Assembly: GCA_965221125.1 (NCBI GenBank)
Contig: CBDCRW010000005.1
Span: 700,419 to 764,418, forward strand
DNA from: Alphaproteobacteria bacterium
GTDB lineage: Bacteria; Pseudomonadota; Alphaproteobacteria; UBA828
Reading direction: 5' to 3'
Length of the DNA: 64,000 nt
A program made the translations under genes and the position numbers. Below, one piece after another: positions 10,070-19,330 of the stretch (its first letter is position 1; each line of letters begins with the position of its first letter). The notes under the pieces are model-generated. The model was given only the letters and a program-made list of their open reading frames with translations. It did not search any database and had not been told where the DNA came from.

Positions 10070-10822
10070 CTAATCCGGAATCGCGTCCGCGCCGGGCAGG
10101 AGGGCGGCGAACTCGCGCTCGGCCGCCTTGGGGTCGCTCCGCATCAGCGCCTCGGTCTGGATCGAGTGATCGCCGATGCAAACATCCTCCACACCCTGTT
10201 CCAGCGCCTCGCAGATGCCGTCCGCGACCGCCTCGGGTCGCTGCTTCTCGCCGTCGAAGCCCGCGAGCATCGGGGTGTCGGTCGAGCTCGGGAAGACGGC
10301 GAGCACGTGGGTGCCCTGGGCGGCAAGCTCGGCCCGCATGCACTGGGTCGCGGACCAGACGGCGGCCTTGCTCGCGGAGTAGGAGCCGCAGAAGGGCGCG
10401 CTCACCCGCGCCACCTCGGAGAGCACGTTGGCCATCGCGCCGCCGCCGTTCCGCGCCAGCACCGGGGCGAAGGCGCGGGCCACGTGCAGGTAGCCCCAGT
10501 AGTTGATCTCGAACACGGTGCGCGCGGTGGAAAGCGTGGGCGCGCTCATCACGCCCTCCCAGGCGACGATGGCGGCGTTGTTGACCACCAGCGTGACGCC
10601 CGCGCATTGCTCCGCGGCGCGCTGGACCGCCGCCTCGTCGGTCACGTCGAGGGCAAGCGGTTCTGCGCCCGCGCCCTTCGGAAACGCAGCCTTCGCGAGC
10701 GGGCCGGCCAGGTCCGCCGCGTGGATGCGGCGCGCCCCGCGCCGTGCCAGCGCTGCCACCAGGCAGGCGCCGATGCCGCCGGCAGCGCCGGTGACGAAAG
10801 CCTCGCATCCATCGATACGCAT
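10070..10822 (-). CDS. SDR family oxidoreductase
   Basis: VTGAAGGIG, VNNAA and YSASK motifs. Confidence 0.9.
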   Translation of the reverse strand: MRIDGCEAFVTGAAGGIGACLVAALARRGARRIHAADLAGPLAKAAFPKGAGAEPLALDVTDEAAVQRAAEQCAGVTLVVNNAAIVAWEGVMSAPTLSTARTVFEINYWGYLHVARAFAPVLARNGGGAMANVLSEVARVSAPFCGSYSASKAAVWSATQCMRAELAAQGTHVLAVFPSSTDTPMLAGFDGEKQRPEAVADGICEALEQGVEDVCIGDHSIQTEALMRSDPKAAEREFAALLPGADAIPD

Positions 10823-10826
10823 GGGC

Positions 10827-11639
10827 TCAGTCGCTCTTGGAGGGGTCGCGGACATCGCTCTTCACCGTGGTGAGTTCCGTGTAGCTGAAGATGAGGCCGG
10901 CGGCGTCGAAGCCGCCGTCGACGTTGACGACGCTGCCGGTGAGATACGCCGCCTCGTCGCTGCTGAGAAAGAGCGCCGTGCCGGCGATGTCGCGGGCGTG
11001 GCCGAAGCGCTCCAGCGGGATGCGCTCGAGGTAGCGGCGCTCCTGGTCAGGCCCCATGCTGGTGATGCCGGTATCGATGGGGCCGGGCGCGATGGCGTTG
11101 ACGGCGATGCCGCGCGGGCCGAGCTCCACCGCCATGATGCGCGTCATCTGGTGGATGCCCGCCTTGGTGACACCGTAGGCGGTCCGCCCGTAGCTGCCGC
11201 GCTGGCCCGAGATCGAGCCGATGTTGACGATCCGCCCGCCGCCGTTCGCCGCCATGATCCGCGCCGCCCCCTGCGCGCAGAGGAAGGCGCTGGTGAGGTT
11301 GTTGCGGAGCACGCGCTCCCAGTCCTCGAAGGAAAGCTCGAGGAAAGCGCCGTGATGGGCGATGCCGGCGTTGTTGATGAGGATGTCGAGGCGCCCGCCG
11401 AAGCACTCTTCCGCGTGCTCGAACAGGTGCCCCGCGCCTTCGGGCAGGCCGAGGTCGGCGGTACACGGCGTCGCCTGTCCGCCGGTTGCACCGATCTCGT
11501 CCGCCGCATCGCGCGCCCGCTCGCCGTCGATATCGGCGAGCAGCACGTGCGCGCCCTCGGCGGCGAAACGGCGGCCGATCTCGCGGCCGATGCCCCGCCC
11601 GCCGCCGGTGACGATGGCGGCCTTGCCCTCCAGCTTCAT
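10827..11639 (-). CDS. SDR family oxidoreductase
   Basis: TGGGRGIG, NNAG, YGVTK and VDGG motifs. Confidence 0.92.
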   Translation of the reverse strand: MKLEGKAAIVTGGGRGIGREIGRRFAAEGAHVLLADIDGERARDAADEIGATGGQATPCTADLGLPEGAGHLFEHAEECFGGRLDILINNAGIAHHGAFLELSFEDWERVLRNNLTSAFLCAQGAARIMAANGGGRIVNIGSISGQRGSYGRTAYGVTKAGIHQMTRIMAVELGPRGIAVNAIAPGPIDTGITSMGPDQERRYLERIPLERFGHARDIAGTALFLSSDEAAYLTGSVVNVDGGFDAAGLIFSYTELTTVKSDVRDPSKSD

Positions 11640-11758
11640 CGCGTCCGATCCGTCCCGTTCACGGCCCGGCGTATCGGCTGGCGGGGCGCGGAGTCAACCC
11701 TCGCAGGCCCCAGGCCGCCGGGCTATCCTGCGCCGGCCATGATGGCGGGTACGGATAC

Positions 11759-12529
11759 ATGAGGCTCGAGGGCAAGACGGCCATCGTCACGGGCGCAGGC
11801 TCCGGCATCGGCCGCGCCACGGCGCTACGCTTCGCCAGGGAAGGCGCGGCGGTGGCCTGCGCCGGGCTCAGCGCCGACGACAACGTCGCCACCGTGCGCG
11901 CCATCGAGGCCGCGGGCGGCAGCGCCGTCGCCATCGAGGCGGACGTCATGCGGGACGACGACGTGGCGGGGATGGTCGGCGCCGCCATCGAGGCGCTCGG
12001 CCACGTCGATATCCTGGTCAACAACGCCGGCCAGGCGGTGATCGGAGCCGTCGAAGAGGTCGAGCGGGCGGACTGGGACCGCCAGATGGACGTCAACGTC
12101 ACCAGCATCTACCGCGGCGCCAAGGCGGTGTGGGGCCACATGCGCGAGCGCGGCGGCGGCGCGATCCTGAACACCGCGTCGGTCGCCGGCCTCATCGGCA
12201 CGCCGGGGCAGGTGGCCTACGCCACCTCCAAGGGCGCGGTGGTGATGCTGACGAAGTGCCTCGCTTTGGACGGCGCCAGGGACCGGATCCGGGTCAACTG
12301 CGTCTGCCCCGGCTGGGTGCAGACGCCGATGGTCGACTATCACCTCTCCCAGCTCGACGATCCGCAAGCGTTCAAGGAGCGGCTGGCGCGCCTGCATCCG
12401 CTCGGCGTGGGCGATCCCGCCGATATCGCCGGGGGCTTCGTCTACCTCGCCTCGGACGAGGCGCGCTGGGTCACCGGCATCGCGCTCACCATCGACGGCG
12501 GCGTGAGCTGCGGGCTCGTGCCCGAGTGA
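11759..12529 (+). CDS. SDR family oxidoreductase
   Basis: [17 protein letters not shown] and IDGG motifs. Confidence 0.92.
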   Translation: MRLEGKTAIVTGAGSGIGRATALRFAREGAAVACAGLSADDNVATVRAIEAAGGSAVAIEADVMRDDDVAGMVGAAIEALGHVDILVNNAGQAVIGAVEEVERADWDRQMDVNVTSIYRGAKAVWGHMRERGGGAILNTASVAGLIGTPGQVAYATSKGAVVMLTKCLALDGARDRIRVNCVCPGWVQTPMVDYHLSQLDDPQAFKERLARLHPLGVGDPADIAGGFVYLASDEARWVTGIALTIDGGVSCGLVPE

Positions 12530-12566
12530 CGGCCGGCGGCACGTCCAGCCACCGACGGAGGCAGGG

Positions 12567-14294
12567 ATGACGGAGAAGCCCGCCGGGCTCCGGCGCAAGC
12601 TCACGGACTACGGCGACCCCGGCTTCTCGCTCTTCCTGCGCAAGGCCTTCGCCAAGTCGATGGGCTACACCGAGGCGGAGCTCGACCGCCCGGTGATCGG
12701 CATCGCGAACGTGACGAGCGGCCTCGTGAGCTGCCACGGCACGGTGCCGGCCCTGATCGACGCCGCGGAGCGCGGGGTGACGGCCGCCGGCGGACTGCCG
12801 CTGACCTTCCCCACGATCTCGCTCGGCGAGCCCTTCATGCACCCGACGACCATGCTCTTCCGCAACCTGATGGCGATGGACACGGAGGAGATGATCCGCG
12901 CCCATCCGCTGGATGCGGTGGTGCTGATCGGCGGCTGCGACAAGACCGTGCCGGCCCAGCTCATGGCGGCGGCGAGCGCGGGCGTGCCCGCGATCCAGCT
13001 GGTCACCGGGCCGATGCTGACGGGGAGCCACAGGGGCGAGCGGCTGGGCGCCTGCACCGACTGCCGCCGCTACTGGGGGGCGCACCGGGGCGGCCGGGTC
13101 GACGAGGACGAGATCGCCGAAGTCGGCGGCCGGCTCATGCCTTCCGCCGGCACCTGCATGGTGATGGGGACGGCCAGCACCATGGCGTGCGCGGCCGAAG
13201 CGCTCGGCATGATGCTGCCGGGGAGCGCCGCGATCCCCGCCGTGCTCGCCGACCGCCAGCGGGTCGCGCGGGAAAGCGGGGCGCGGGCCGTGGCGATGGC
13301 CGCCGAGGGGCTCACGCCGGCGCGAATCCTCACGCCAGCCGCGTTCACCAACGCGCTCCGGGTGCTGCTCGCGGTCGGCGGCTCGACCAACGCGGTGATC
13401 CACCTCGCCGCCGTCGCCGGGCGCTGCGGCTTCGACCTCGACCTCGACCGGCTCGACCGGCTCAGCCGCGAGACTGCGGTGCTGGTCGACCTCAAGCCCT
13501 CCGGCCAGCACTACATGGAGGATCTGAACAAGGCCGGCGGGCTGATGCCGGTGCTGCGGGCGCTCGCCGATCAGCTCGATCTCGATTGTCTCACCGTGAC
13601 CGGGCGGACGCTGGGCGAGGAAATCGCCATTGCGCCCGCGCCCTGGCCGCAGGACGTGGTGCGGGAGCCGGGCGATCCCATCTACCCCGAGGGCGGCATC
13701 GCGGTGCTGCGCGGCAACCTCGCGCCGGACGGCGCCATCATCAAGCAGTCGGCGGCGACGCCTGCGCTCTGCCGGCACGCCGGGCGCGCGGTGGTCTTCG
13801 AGTCCGTCGCCGACCTCACGGCGCGGATCGACGATCCCGCTCTGGACGTGACGCCCGACGACGTGCTGGTGCTGCGCAACGCGGGCCCCAAGGGCGCGCC
13901 GGGGATGCCGGAGGCCGGCTACATTCCGATCCCCCGCAAGCTCGCGACGGCGGGCGTGACCGACATGGTGCGGCTCTCGGATGCGCGGATGAGCGGGACG
14001 GCCTTCGGCACCATCGTCCTCCACGCGGCGCCTGAAGCCGCCATCGGCGGGCCGCTCGCGCTGGTGGAGAACGGCGATCGGATCGCGCTGGACGTGGAGG
14101 CGCGCACGCTCACGCTGGACGTGCCGCAGGCTGCGCTCGATGCGCGGCGCGCCGCGTGGCGGCCTCCGCCGCCGCCGGCCGGCGCCGAGCGCGGCTATCT
14201 CGCGCTCCACCTCGCCCACGTGGAACAGGCGGACCGCGGCTGCGATCTGGACATCCTCTCCGCCCCGCGCTCGGGAATTTCGGTGCCGGTCTGA
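12567..14294 (+). CDS. IlvD/Edd family dehydratase (dihydroxy-acid or sugar-acid dehydratase)
   Basis: GGCDKTVP, CMVMGTASTMA, GGSTNAVIHL, GPKGAPGMPE and SDARMSGT motifs. Confidence 0.92.
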   Translation: MTEKPAGLRRKLTDYGDPGFSLFLRKAFAKSMGYTEAELDRPVIGIANVTSGLVSCHGTVPALIDAAERGVTAAGGLPLTFPTISLGEPFMHPTTMLFRNLMAMDTEEMIRAHPLDAVVLIGGCDKTVPAQLMAAASAGVPAIQLVTGPMLTGSHRGERLGACTDCRRYWGAHRGGRVDEDEIAEVGGRLMPSAGTCMVMGTASTMACAAEALGMMLPGSAAIPAVLADRQRVARESGARAVAMAAEGLTPARILTPAAFTNALRVLLAVGGSTNAVIHLAAVAGRCGFDLDLDRLDRLSRETAVLVDLKPSGQHYMEDLNKAGGLMPVLRALADQLDLDCLTVTGRTLGEEIAIAPAPWPQDVVREPGDPIYPEGGIAVLRGNLAPDGAIIKQSAATPALCRHAGRAVVFESVADLTARIDDPALDVTPDDVLVLRNAGPKGAPGMPEAGYIPIPRKLATAGVTDMVRLSDARMSGTAFGTIVLHAAPEAAIGGPLALVENGDRIALDVEARTLTLDVPQAALDARRAAWRPPPPPAGAERGYLALHLAHVEQADRGCDLDILSAPRSGISVPV

Positions 14295-14334
14295 GGCTGG
14301 ACCGTTTCCGTCCTGCGCGGAAACGCTCTGAGCA

Positions 14335-14409
14335 TTTCTCGCTCACGGCCTGTCGCGCGCTTTTGATTCCGCGCGCCCGTGGGCGCGACCGTGCATGTCG
14401 GAGGCGCTC
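14335..14409 (+). repeat. Left copy of a 75-bp imperfect direct repeat (candidate attL, or a dispersed structured repeat)
   Basis: 14335-14387 is identical to 48311-48363 (53 bp); the match extends to 75 bp with 3 mismatches. It contains the hairpin GCGCGC-TTTTGATTCC-GCGCGC. Confidence 0.85.
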
Positions 14410-14932
14410 CAACCCCGCACCATGGTGCTTTCTCCGCCCGGACATTCGCTACACCGGGTCTGGCCAGCGGAGTGTGCTATAATATTGCGTTATATCAGTA
14501 GGTTGAAGAACTCCCCCGACGGGCGCTGTCGCATTGGCCCAAATCCCAGGTACCGCATAGGCGCAATCAGGAATCGCATTCCTGCGTGCACGATTCACCA
14601 ACTCAGCAGGATTCCTGCTACGATATTTCCGATTATCGAAATCTCACTCTGCCCCGACACAGCCCGCGTGACTGTCCGAGAGACCGTGCCGATCCGGACA
14701 ACCACGGGTGGCGAACGGCCGCGAAGCGCAGAGATCCTTCATTTCAGACGCCAAGCTCAGCCGCGGGCCGCTCGGCTCCACGGCCTCTTGGAACGGGTTA
14801 CCCTCTTCGCATGACTGTGCGCCAGGCGTTCGAATCCCGCCAACGGCGCCTCGTGCTCCTGCCGCTGGTTGGGGTCCCTGCGGACCGAGCGCACGCGTGC
14901 CTCCCGACGGCATTTCTCCTTCGCCCATCGCT

Positions 14933-17410
14933 TCAGAACCGCATGTTGAGGGTGACGAAGAAGGTCCGTCCCCAGCCTGCTGCGGTGGGTCCGTCGGTCG
15001 CGGAGGGGTTCGCGGTGTTGGTGGAGAGCTTCGCGTCGGTGACGTTGTACACACCCGCGGTCACCCGCGTGCTTTCGAGCCCCAGCGGCGCTCTCCAATC
15101 GAGCGTCAGGTCGTGGCCGATCCAGGACTTGAACCGTCCATCGCCCTGCCGGTTCTCGATCTCGTCGCGGTAGTTGACGGCCCAGAAGGCGGTAAGGTCG
15201 CCGCGCCCGGCCGAGGTCACGATGCGCACGGCGTTGCGCGGGAGCGGGTACGGCTGCTCGTCGCCTGCGATGCGCTCCTCGCTGCTGGCCACGTAGCGCC
15301 AGAATCCGCGCAATGCGACGAAGCCCCAGCCGGTCTCCGCGCGGGCCCCGAACCGGGTGTTGAGCCCCGAGATATCGATCTCGACGATGTTCGCGAAGCT
15401 GTCGTGGATGGTGATGTCTCCGGCCGCGCGCTCGATACAGCCGGCGCCGCCGCCCGGCGGGCACTCGGGATGGTTCAGCATCGCCCAGTCGGCGTCGTGC
15501 TGTCCCGGCAGATCAGAGGTCGTGAGCGAGTACCAGTCGGCGACGAGGTAGAACGGCCCGCTGCGGGCCTCGGCGCCGAGGGAGCGCCTCTGCGAGCGCG
15601 ACGGGTCGAGCTCGGGGTTGCCGCTCGTGCGGCGCTCCACCTGCCGGTAATTCGACGTGTCGCATGTGCGCGGCGGCGGCCCGCTCTCGGGGACGCAACG
15701 GACATAGGGGTAGTCCTGCGCCGCTGTGCTGTGCAGGTGGTGCATCGAGGGCGCCTCGTCGCCCGCGCTCCACGAGCCGCGCAGCGCCACGATGTCGCTC
15801 GGGCGCCACTCGGCCCCGAGGCGCCAAGCGCGCAGACCGCCGACGTCGTCGTACTCGTCGGCCCGTGCCGCCGCTCTCACGTCCACGCTGTCGCCGATGG
15901 GCAGGGACAGCTCGGAAAATACACCCGCCTCAATGCGCTCGCCGGCGTAGCTGGTGCCGCCCGATCCGAGCACCCCGCTCACGTCGCGGGTCCCGCCGTC
16001 GCGCGCCCGGAACGAGAGCTGCCGGTGGGCCTCCACGTCGGCGAGTTCGACCCCCGCGGTCCATGCCGAGGCACGCCCGCCGATGCCCGGACCCGCCCCC
16101 TCGAGCGCGAGACGCGCGCCCTGGTACCTCCCGCCGAAGTCTTCTTCCTCGTGCAGGCTGCTCCTCTCAATCGCTCTCAGGTGGTCCGGTTCCACCGACA
16201 ACGGATTGGTCAGGTCGTACCTTCCGGCCTCGATCTCCTGCCTGATGATCTCGGCGTCCACGAAGGTATCGCCTCTCAACGAGCCGTCGCGGTTCCAGGC
16301 GCTGATCTCGGCGTCGTAGCCCAGGCCGTCAGCGAGACGGCCCTCAATGCTTGCCGAGACATCGTACTCTTCGATGCTCGTCCTCCAGTCACGGTTTCCA
16401 TGGCCGATGAAGCGGTGCCCAACCGAGAAGACGTCCTCTCCCGTCGCCTCGAACGCCGGGTCGGCCTCGCGCGCCGACGCGTTGATATCGTCGAGCAGGC
16501 TCTCGCTCGGGGTGACGGAGAAAACATCGATCGACGGTGCGTAGCGGAACGCCCAGCGTTCTTGCGTGACGTTTGCGTCCACGTGGAGCTCGGCGCTCTC
16601 CCCAAGCGGGTGGTCGAGGTTCAGGATGGTATTCTCCTGGCCGTAGCTCCCCCTGTCCCACCAGAAGTCGCCGTAGGCGAACCCGCAGCCCTTGTCGCCG
16701 GAGTCGATCCCCGGCGGGTTGCTGAGCGGGCCGGTGTAGCCGTGCGCCGGGTCGCACGCACCGAGCGGCACGGATCTCAGCTCGCCCGTGCTCGTGTCGA
16801 AGACGTAGACGGTGTTGCCGCCGACGCTCACGTTCCTCGCCTCGGCGAAGCTCCCGCCTTCCTCCCACTCGGAGCGGCTGTGCTCGCGTGTGTGGCCGGC
16901 GATCTCCTCGCGGTCAAGAACGTCGACGCCGAGGGCCATGTAACCGCCGGCGCCGATTTCGCCGCCCCACACGACGCTTCCCTGGCGCGCATCGCCGCCG
17001 TCGCGGCTCGGCAACCGAGCTACGGTGCGCACGTCGAAGCCGTCCAGGTCCTTCCTCAGCACGAGGTTGAACGCGCCACGCACCGCGGCGTGGCCGCCGA
17101 TCGTCCCCAGGCTCTCGCCTCTCAGCACCTCGATGCGCTCGACCGCCGAAAGCGGGAGGGAGTCCAGATCGTGCGCGGTCGTTGCGTAGGGTCGCCCGTT
17201 CACCATGACGAGCAGGTTGCGCCCTCCGGTGAAGAAGTAGCGGATGATGCCCGTGTCGAGCATCTCGCCGAACGTCTGGGCGCCGGAGCGCTCGATGAAG
17301 CTGCGGTCGTATTCGGCGACGATCTGCGGGCCCGGCGCCAGCGCGCCGGCACGGACTTCACCGGCCGCGAGAATGGCAGCCACGGCGAGCGCTGCGAGGA
17401 CTATTCTCAT
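14933..17410 (-). CDS. TonB-dependent outer membrane receptor
   Basis: Signal peptide MRIVLAALAVAAILA; plug motif LVMVNGRP...LPLSAVERIEVLR; C-terminus GVYNVTD...GRTFFVTLNMRF. Confidence 0.9.
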   Translation of the reverse strand: MRIVLAALAVAAILAAGEVRAGALAPGPQIVAEYDRSFIERSGAQTFGEMLDTGIIRYFFTGGRNLLVMVNGRPYATTAHDLDSLPLSAVERIEVLRGESLGTIGGHAAVRGAFNLVLRKDLDGFDVRTVARLPSRDGGDARQGSVVWGGEIGAGGYMALGVDVLDREEIAGHTREHSRSEWEEGGSFAEARNVSVGGNTVYVFDTSTGELRSVPLGACDPAHGYTGPLSNPPGIDSGDKGCGFAYGDFWWDRGSYGQENTILNLDHPLGESAELHVDANVTQERWAFRYAPSIDVFSVTPSESLLDDINASAREADPAFEATGEDVFSVGHRFIGHGNRDWRTSIEEYDVSASIEGRLADGLGYDAEISAWNRDGSLRGDTFVDAEIIRQEIEAGRYDLTNPLSVEPDHLRAIERSSLHEEEDFGGRYQGARLALEGAGPGIGGRASAWTAGVELADVEAHRQLSFRARDGGTRDVSGVLGSGGTSYAGERIEAGVFSELSLPIGDSVDVRAAARADEYDDVGGLRAWRLGAEWRPSDIVALRGSWSAGDEAPSMHHLHSTAAQDYPYVRCVPESGPPPRTCDTSNYRQVERRTSGNPELDPSRSQRRSLGAEARSGPFYLVADWYSLTTSDLPGQHDADWAMLNHPECPPGGGAGCIERAAGDITIHDSFANIVEIDISGLNTRFGARAETGWGFVALRGFWRYVASSEERIAGDEQPYPLPRNAVRIVTSAGRGDLTAFWAVNYRDEIENRQGDGRFKSWIGHDLTLDWRAPLGLESTRVTAGVYNVTDAKLSTNTANPSATDGPTAAGWGRTFFVTLNMRF

Positions 17411-17489
17411 CGTAGGATCACCCATTCGCTAGTGGATGCAGGCATTCTCCTCCGCGCCGGTCGCACGTCGGCGCGGAGCGTGCGGAGCC

Positions 17490-17640
17490 AAGTTTACTCG
17501 ACCGGCACGGGCGACGCTTTCCTCGCATTTGCCGCAGGCGCAATTTGGACGCACGGTGACGTTGACCAGAAGCTGCGCCGGGACGATGTGCAGCCGCGCG
17601 GCGCGGCGCTCGGCGATTCTCGTCATCTCACGGCACCCGG
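17490..17640 (-). pseudogene. Degenerate IS66 TnpC fragment
   Basis: MTRIAERRAARLHIVPAQLLVNVTVRPNCACGKC resembles MTKIGEDRSERLDYEPAKFTVIETVRPRYACNKC in the intact TnpC of this window. Boundaries are approximate. Confidence 0.65.
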
Positions 17641-18016
17641 TCCTTCCAAGGCCCGCATCGTCGATTTGCCGGGTGACGCCGAGGCTTGGCGGACCCGCAG
17701 GGTGCCGACGGACAAAGCCGAACAGGTATCAAGTGAACCGCACCGTCGATTGTCGCTCATGCGGTCACCCGGTCCGGCACGCTCCCTCCGGCAAGGACGC
17801 GGCGACCCGAGACATGACCACTTCCGCTCCCCGCAAGGCCACCGCACTCAAGGAAGCGATGACCAAGATGCCGTAATGGGGCTCGGCGCCAATCGGCACC
17901 ATCGGAGCCTGTCCCGATGACGACGAATCGGGTGTCGTTGCCCTTGCACGCTCAGCGTGCTCACGGGGTCTTGCCGGAAGGCGCGCCCCAATCCTTCGAG
18001 AGGAAAGGGCAACGAC

Positions 18017-19081
18017 ATGGCTGTCTATATCGGGCTGGATGTATCGCTGGCAAGCACGACAATCTGCGTGATCGGCGACAAGGGCAAGATCGTGACCGAG
18101 GCTCAGGTCGCCAGCACGCCTGACGCGTTGGTTGCGACAATTCGTGATGGGCAAGCGTGGAGGCACAGCAGACGCGTTGGTTCGCCGTGATCGTGTCTTG
18201 AGGCCGGTCCCCTGTCCCACTGGTTGCACAAGGGGCTGACCGACGCCGGCTTCGAGGCCGTCCTTATGGAGACCCGGCGGGTGAAGGCAGCGCTGAAGGC
18301 GATGCCGATCAAGACGGATCGCCGGGATGCCGAGGGCATCGCACGGCTTCTGCAGATGGGCTGGTTCAGGCCGGTGCACTGCAAGTCGGTATCGTCGCAG
18401 GAGATGCGCGCACTGCTGAACTCGCGCAGGTCCGTGAAGGACGCGCTCACCGATATGGAACTCTCGCTGCGCGGCGTGTTGCGCAACTTTTGCCTGAAGC
18501 TGGGCCAGGTCTCGAAGGGCCGCTGGGAGGCCCGCGTCCGGGAGTTGATCGCAGGCAACGCGATGCTGGAGGCCGCCGCCGAACCGATCCTGCGCGCGCG
18601 GGTGGCTCTGCGCCGCGAGCTGGCCGGCCTGGAGAAGCTGGTCCGCGATCTGGCCAGGGAGGATCCGGTATGCCGGCTGCTGATGACCATGCCCGGCGTA
18701 GGCGCGGTCGTGGCCCTGACCTTCAAATCGGCGATTGACGATCCCGGGCGGTTCCGGAGATCGAAGGATGTCGGCCCCTGGGTGGGACTGACGCCGGGCC
18801 GGGACCAATCCGGCGAGCGAGATATTGTCGGCGGCATCACGAAGTGCGGCGACGCAGGTCTGCGTACCGCGCTCTATCAGGCCGCCACGGTGATGCTGAA
18901 CCGCACCGCCGGGCCGAACTGGCTGAAGGCCTGGGCGCTTCGTCTGGCGAAGCTCCGTGGCAAGAAGCGTGCGACCGTCGCCCTGGCCCGGCGCATCGGC
19001 GTGGTACTTCACCGGATGTGGCGGGACGGCACCGAGTTCCGCTTCACGCGCGAGGAGGCGATGGCGCTCCAGACGGCATAG
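18017..19081 (+). pseudogene. IS110-family DEDD transposase with an in-frame TGA at 18188-18190
   Basis: YIGLDVS, LEAGPLS.WL, KTDRRDAEGIA, TMPGVG and GLTPGRDQSG motifs; both segments are in the same frame. Confidence 0.85.
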
Positions 19082-19149
19082 GCGCGGCTGCATCCCACCG
19101 GCAATCGGAAGCGAGAGGAGGAAAGAGCCGCGCCTGAAGGTGGCGATCC

Positions 19150-19330
19150 ACCGGTGTCCCCTCGCCGGGACGCGGTTCCCGTTGATGCACGCGCTGCGTC
19201 TTGTCGGCCGAACCGTTTCATCGCGTTCGAGCACGCGACCAAGATCGGCACTCGGGAATCGTTTGGACCAGGCATGACGTTGGCAGCCGCTGCGCTGACC
19301 ACGGACGGAAGCGAGAGCCTGGCGACGGAC
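19150..19330 (+). ncRNA. Putative bridge RNA / seekRNA of the IS1111 element
   Basis: GCTGCGTCTTG (19193-19203) is the reverse complement of target CAAGACGCAGC; GACCAAGA (19237-19244) equals the target top strand; ACGGAAG (19305-19311) equals the donor junction. All sit inside stem-bounded loops. Transcript ends are not known. Confidence 0.7.

Noticed and set aside
14472-14500. Chromosomal dif site
   Set aside because: The spacer is 7 bp rather than 6 and the XerD arm is poor; kept only as a possible integrase core site.
14765-14852. Functional tRNA gene
   Set aside because: Only the T-loop motif is present; acceptor, D and anticodon stems and CCA are not convincing.
17426-17810. Cobalamin or other riboswitch upstream of the TonB receptor
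   Set aside because: No recognisable riboswitch motif; part of the region is explained by an IS66 TnpC relic.
18188-18190. Selenocysteine or programmed readthrough of the IS110 TGA
   Set aside because: The stop lies in a locally rearranged segment that does not resemble the family, and no SECIS-like support is evident.
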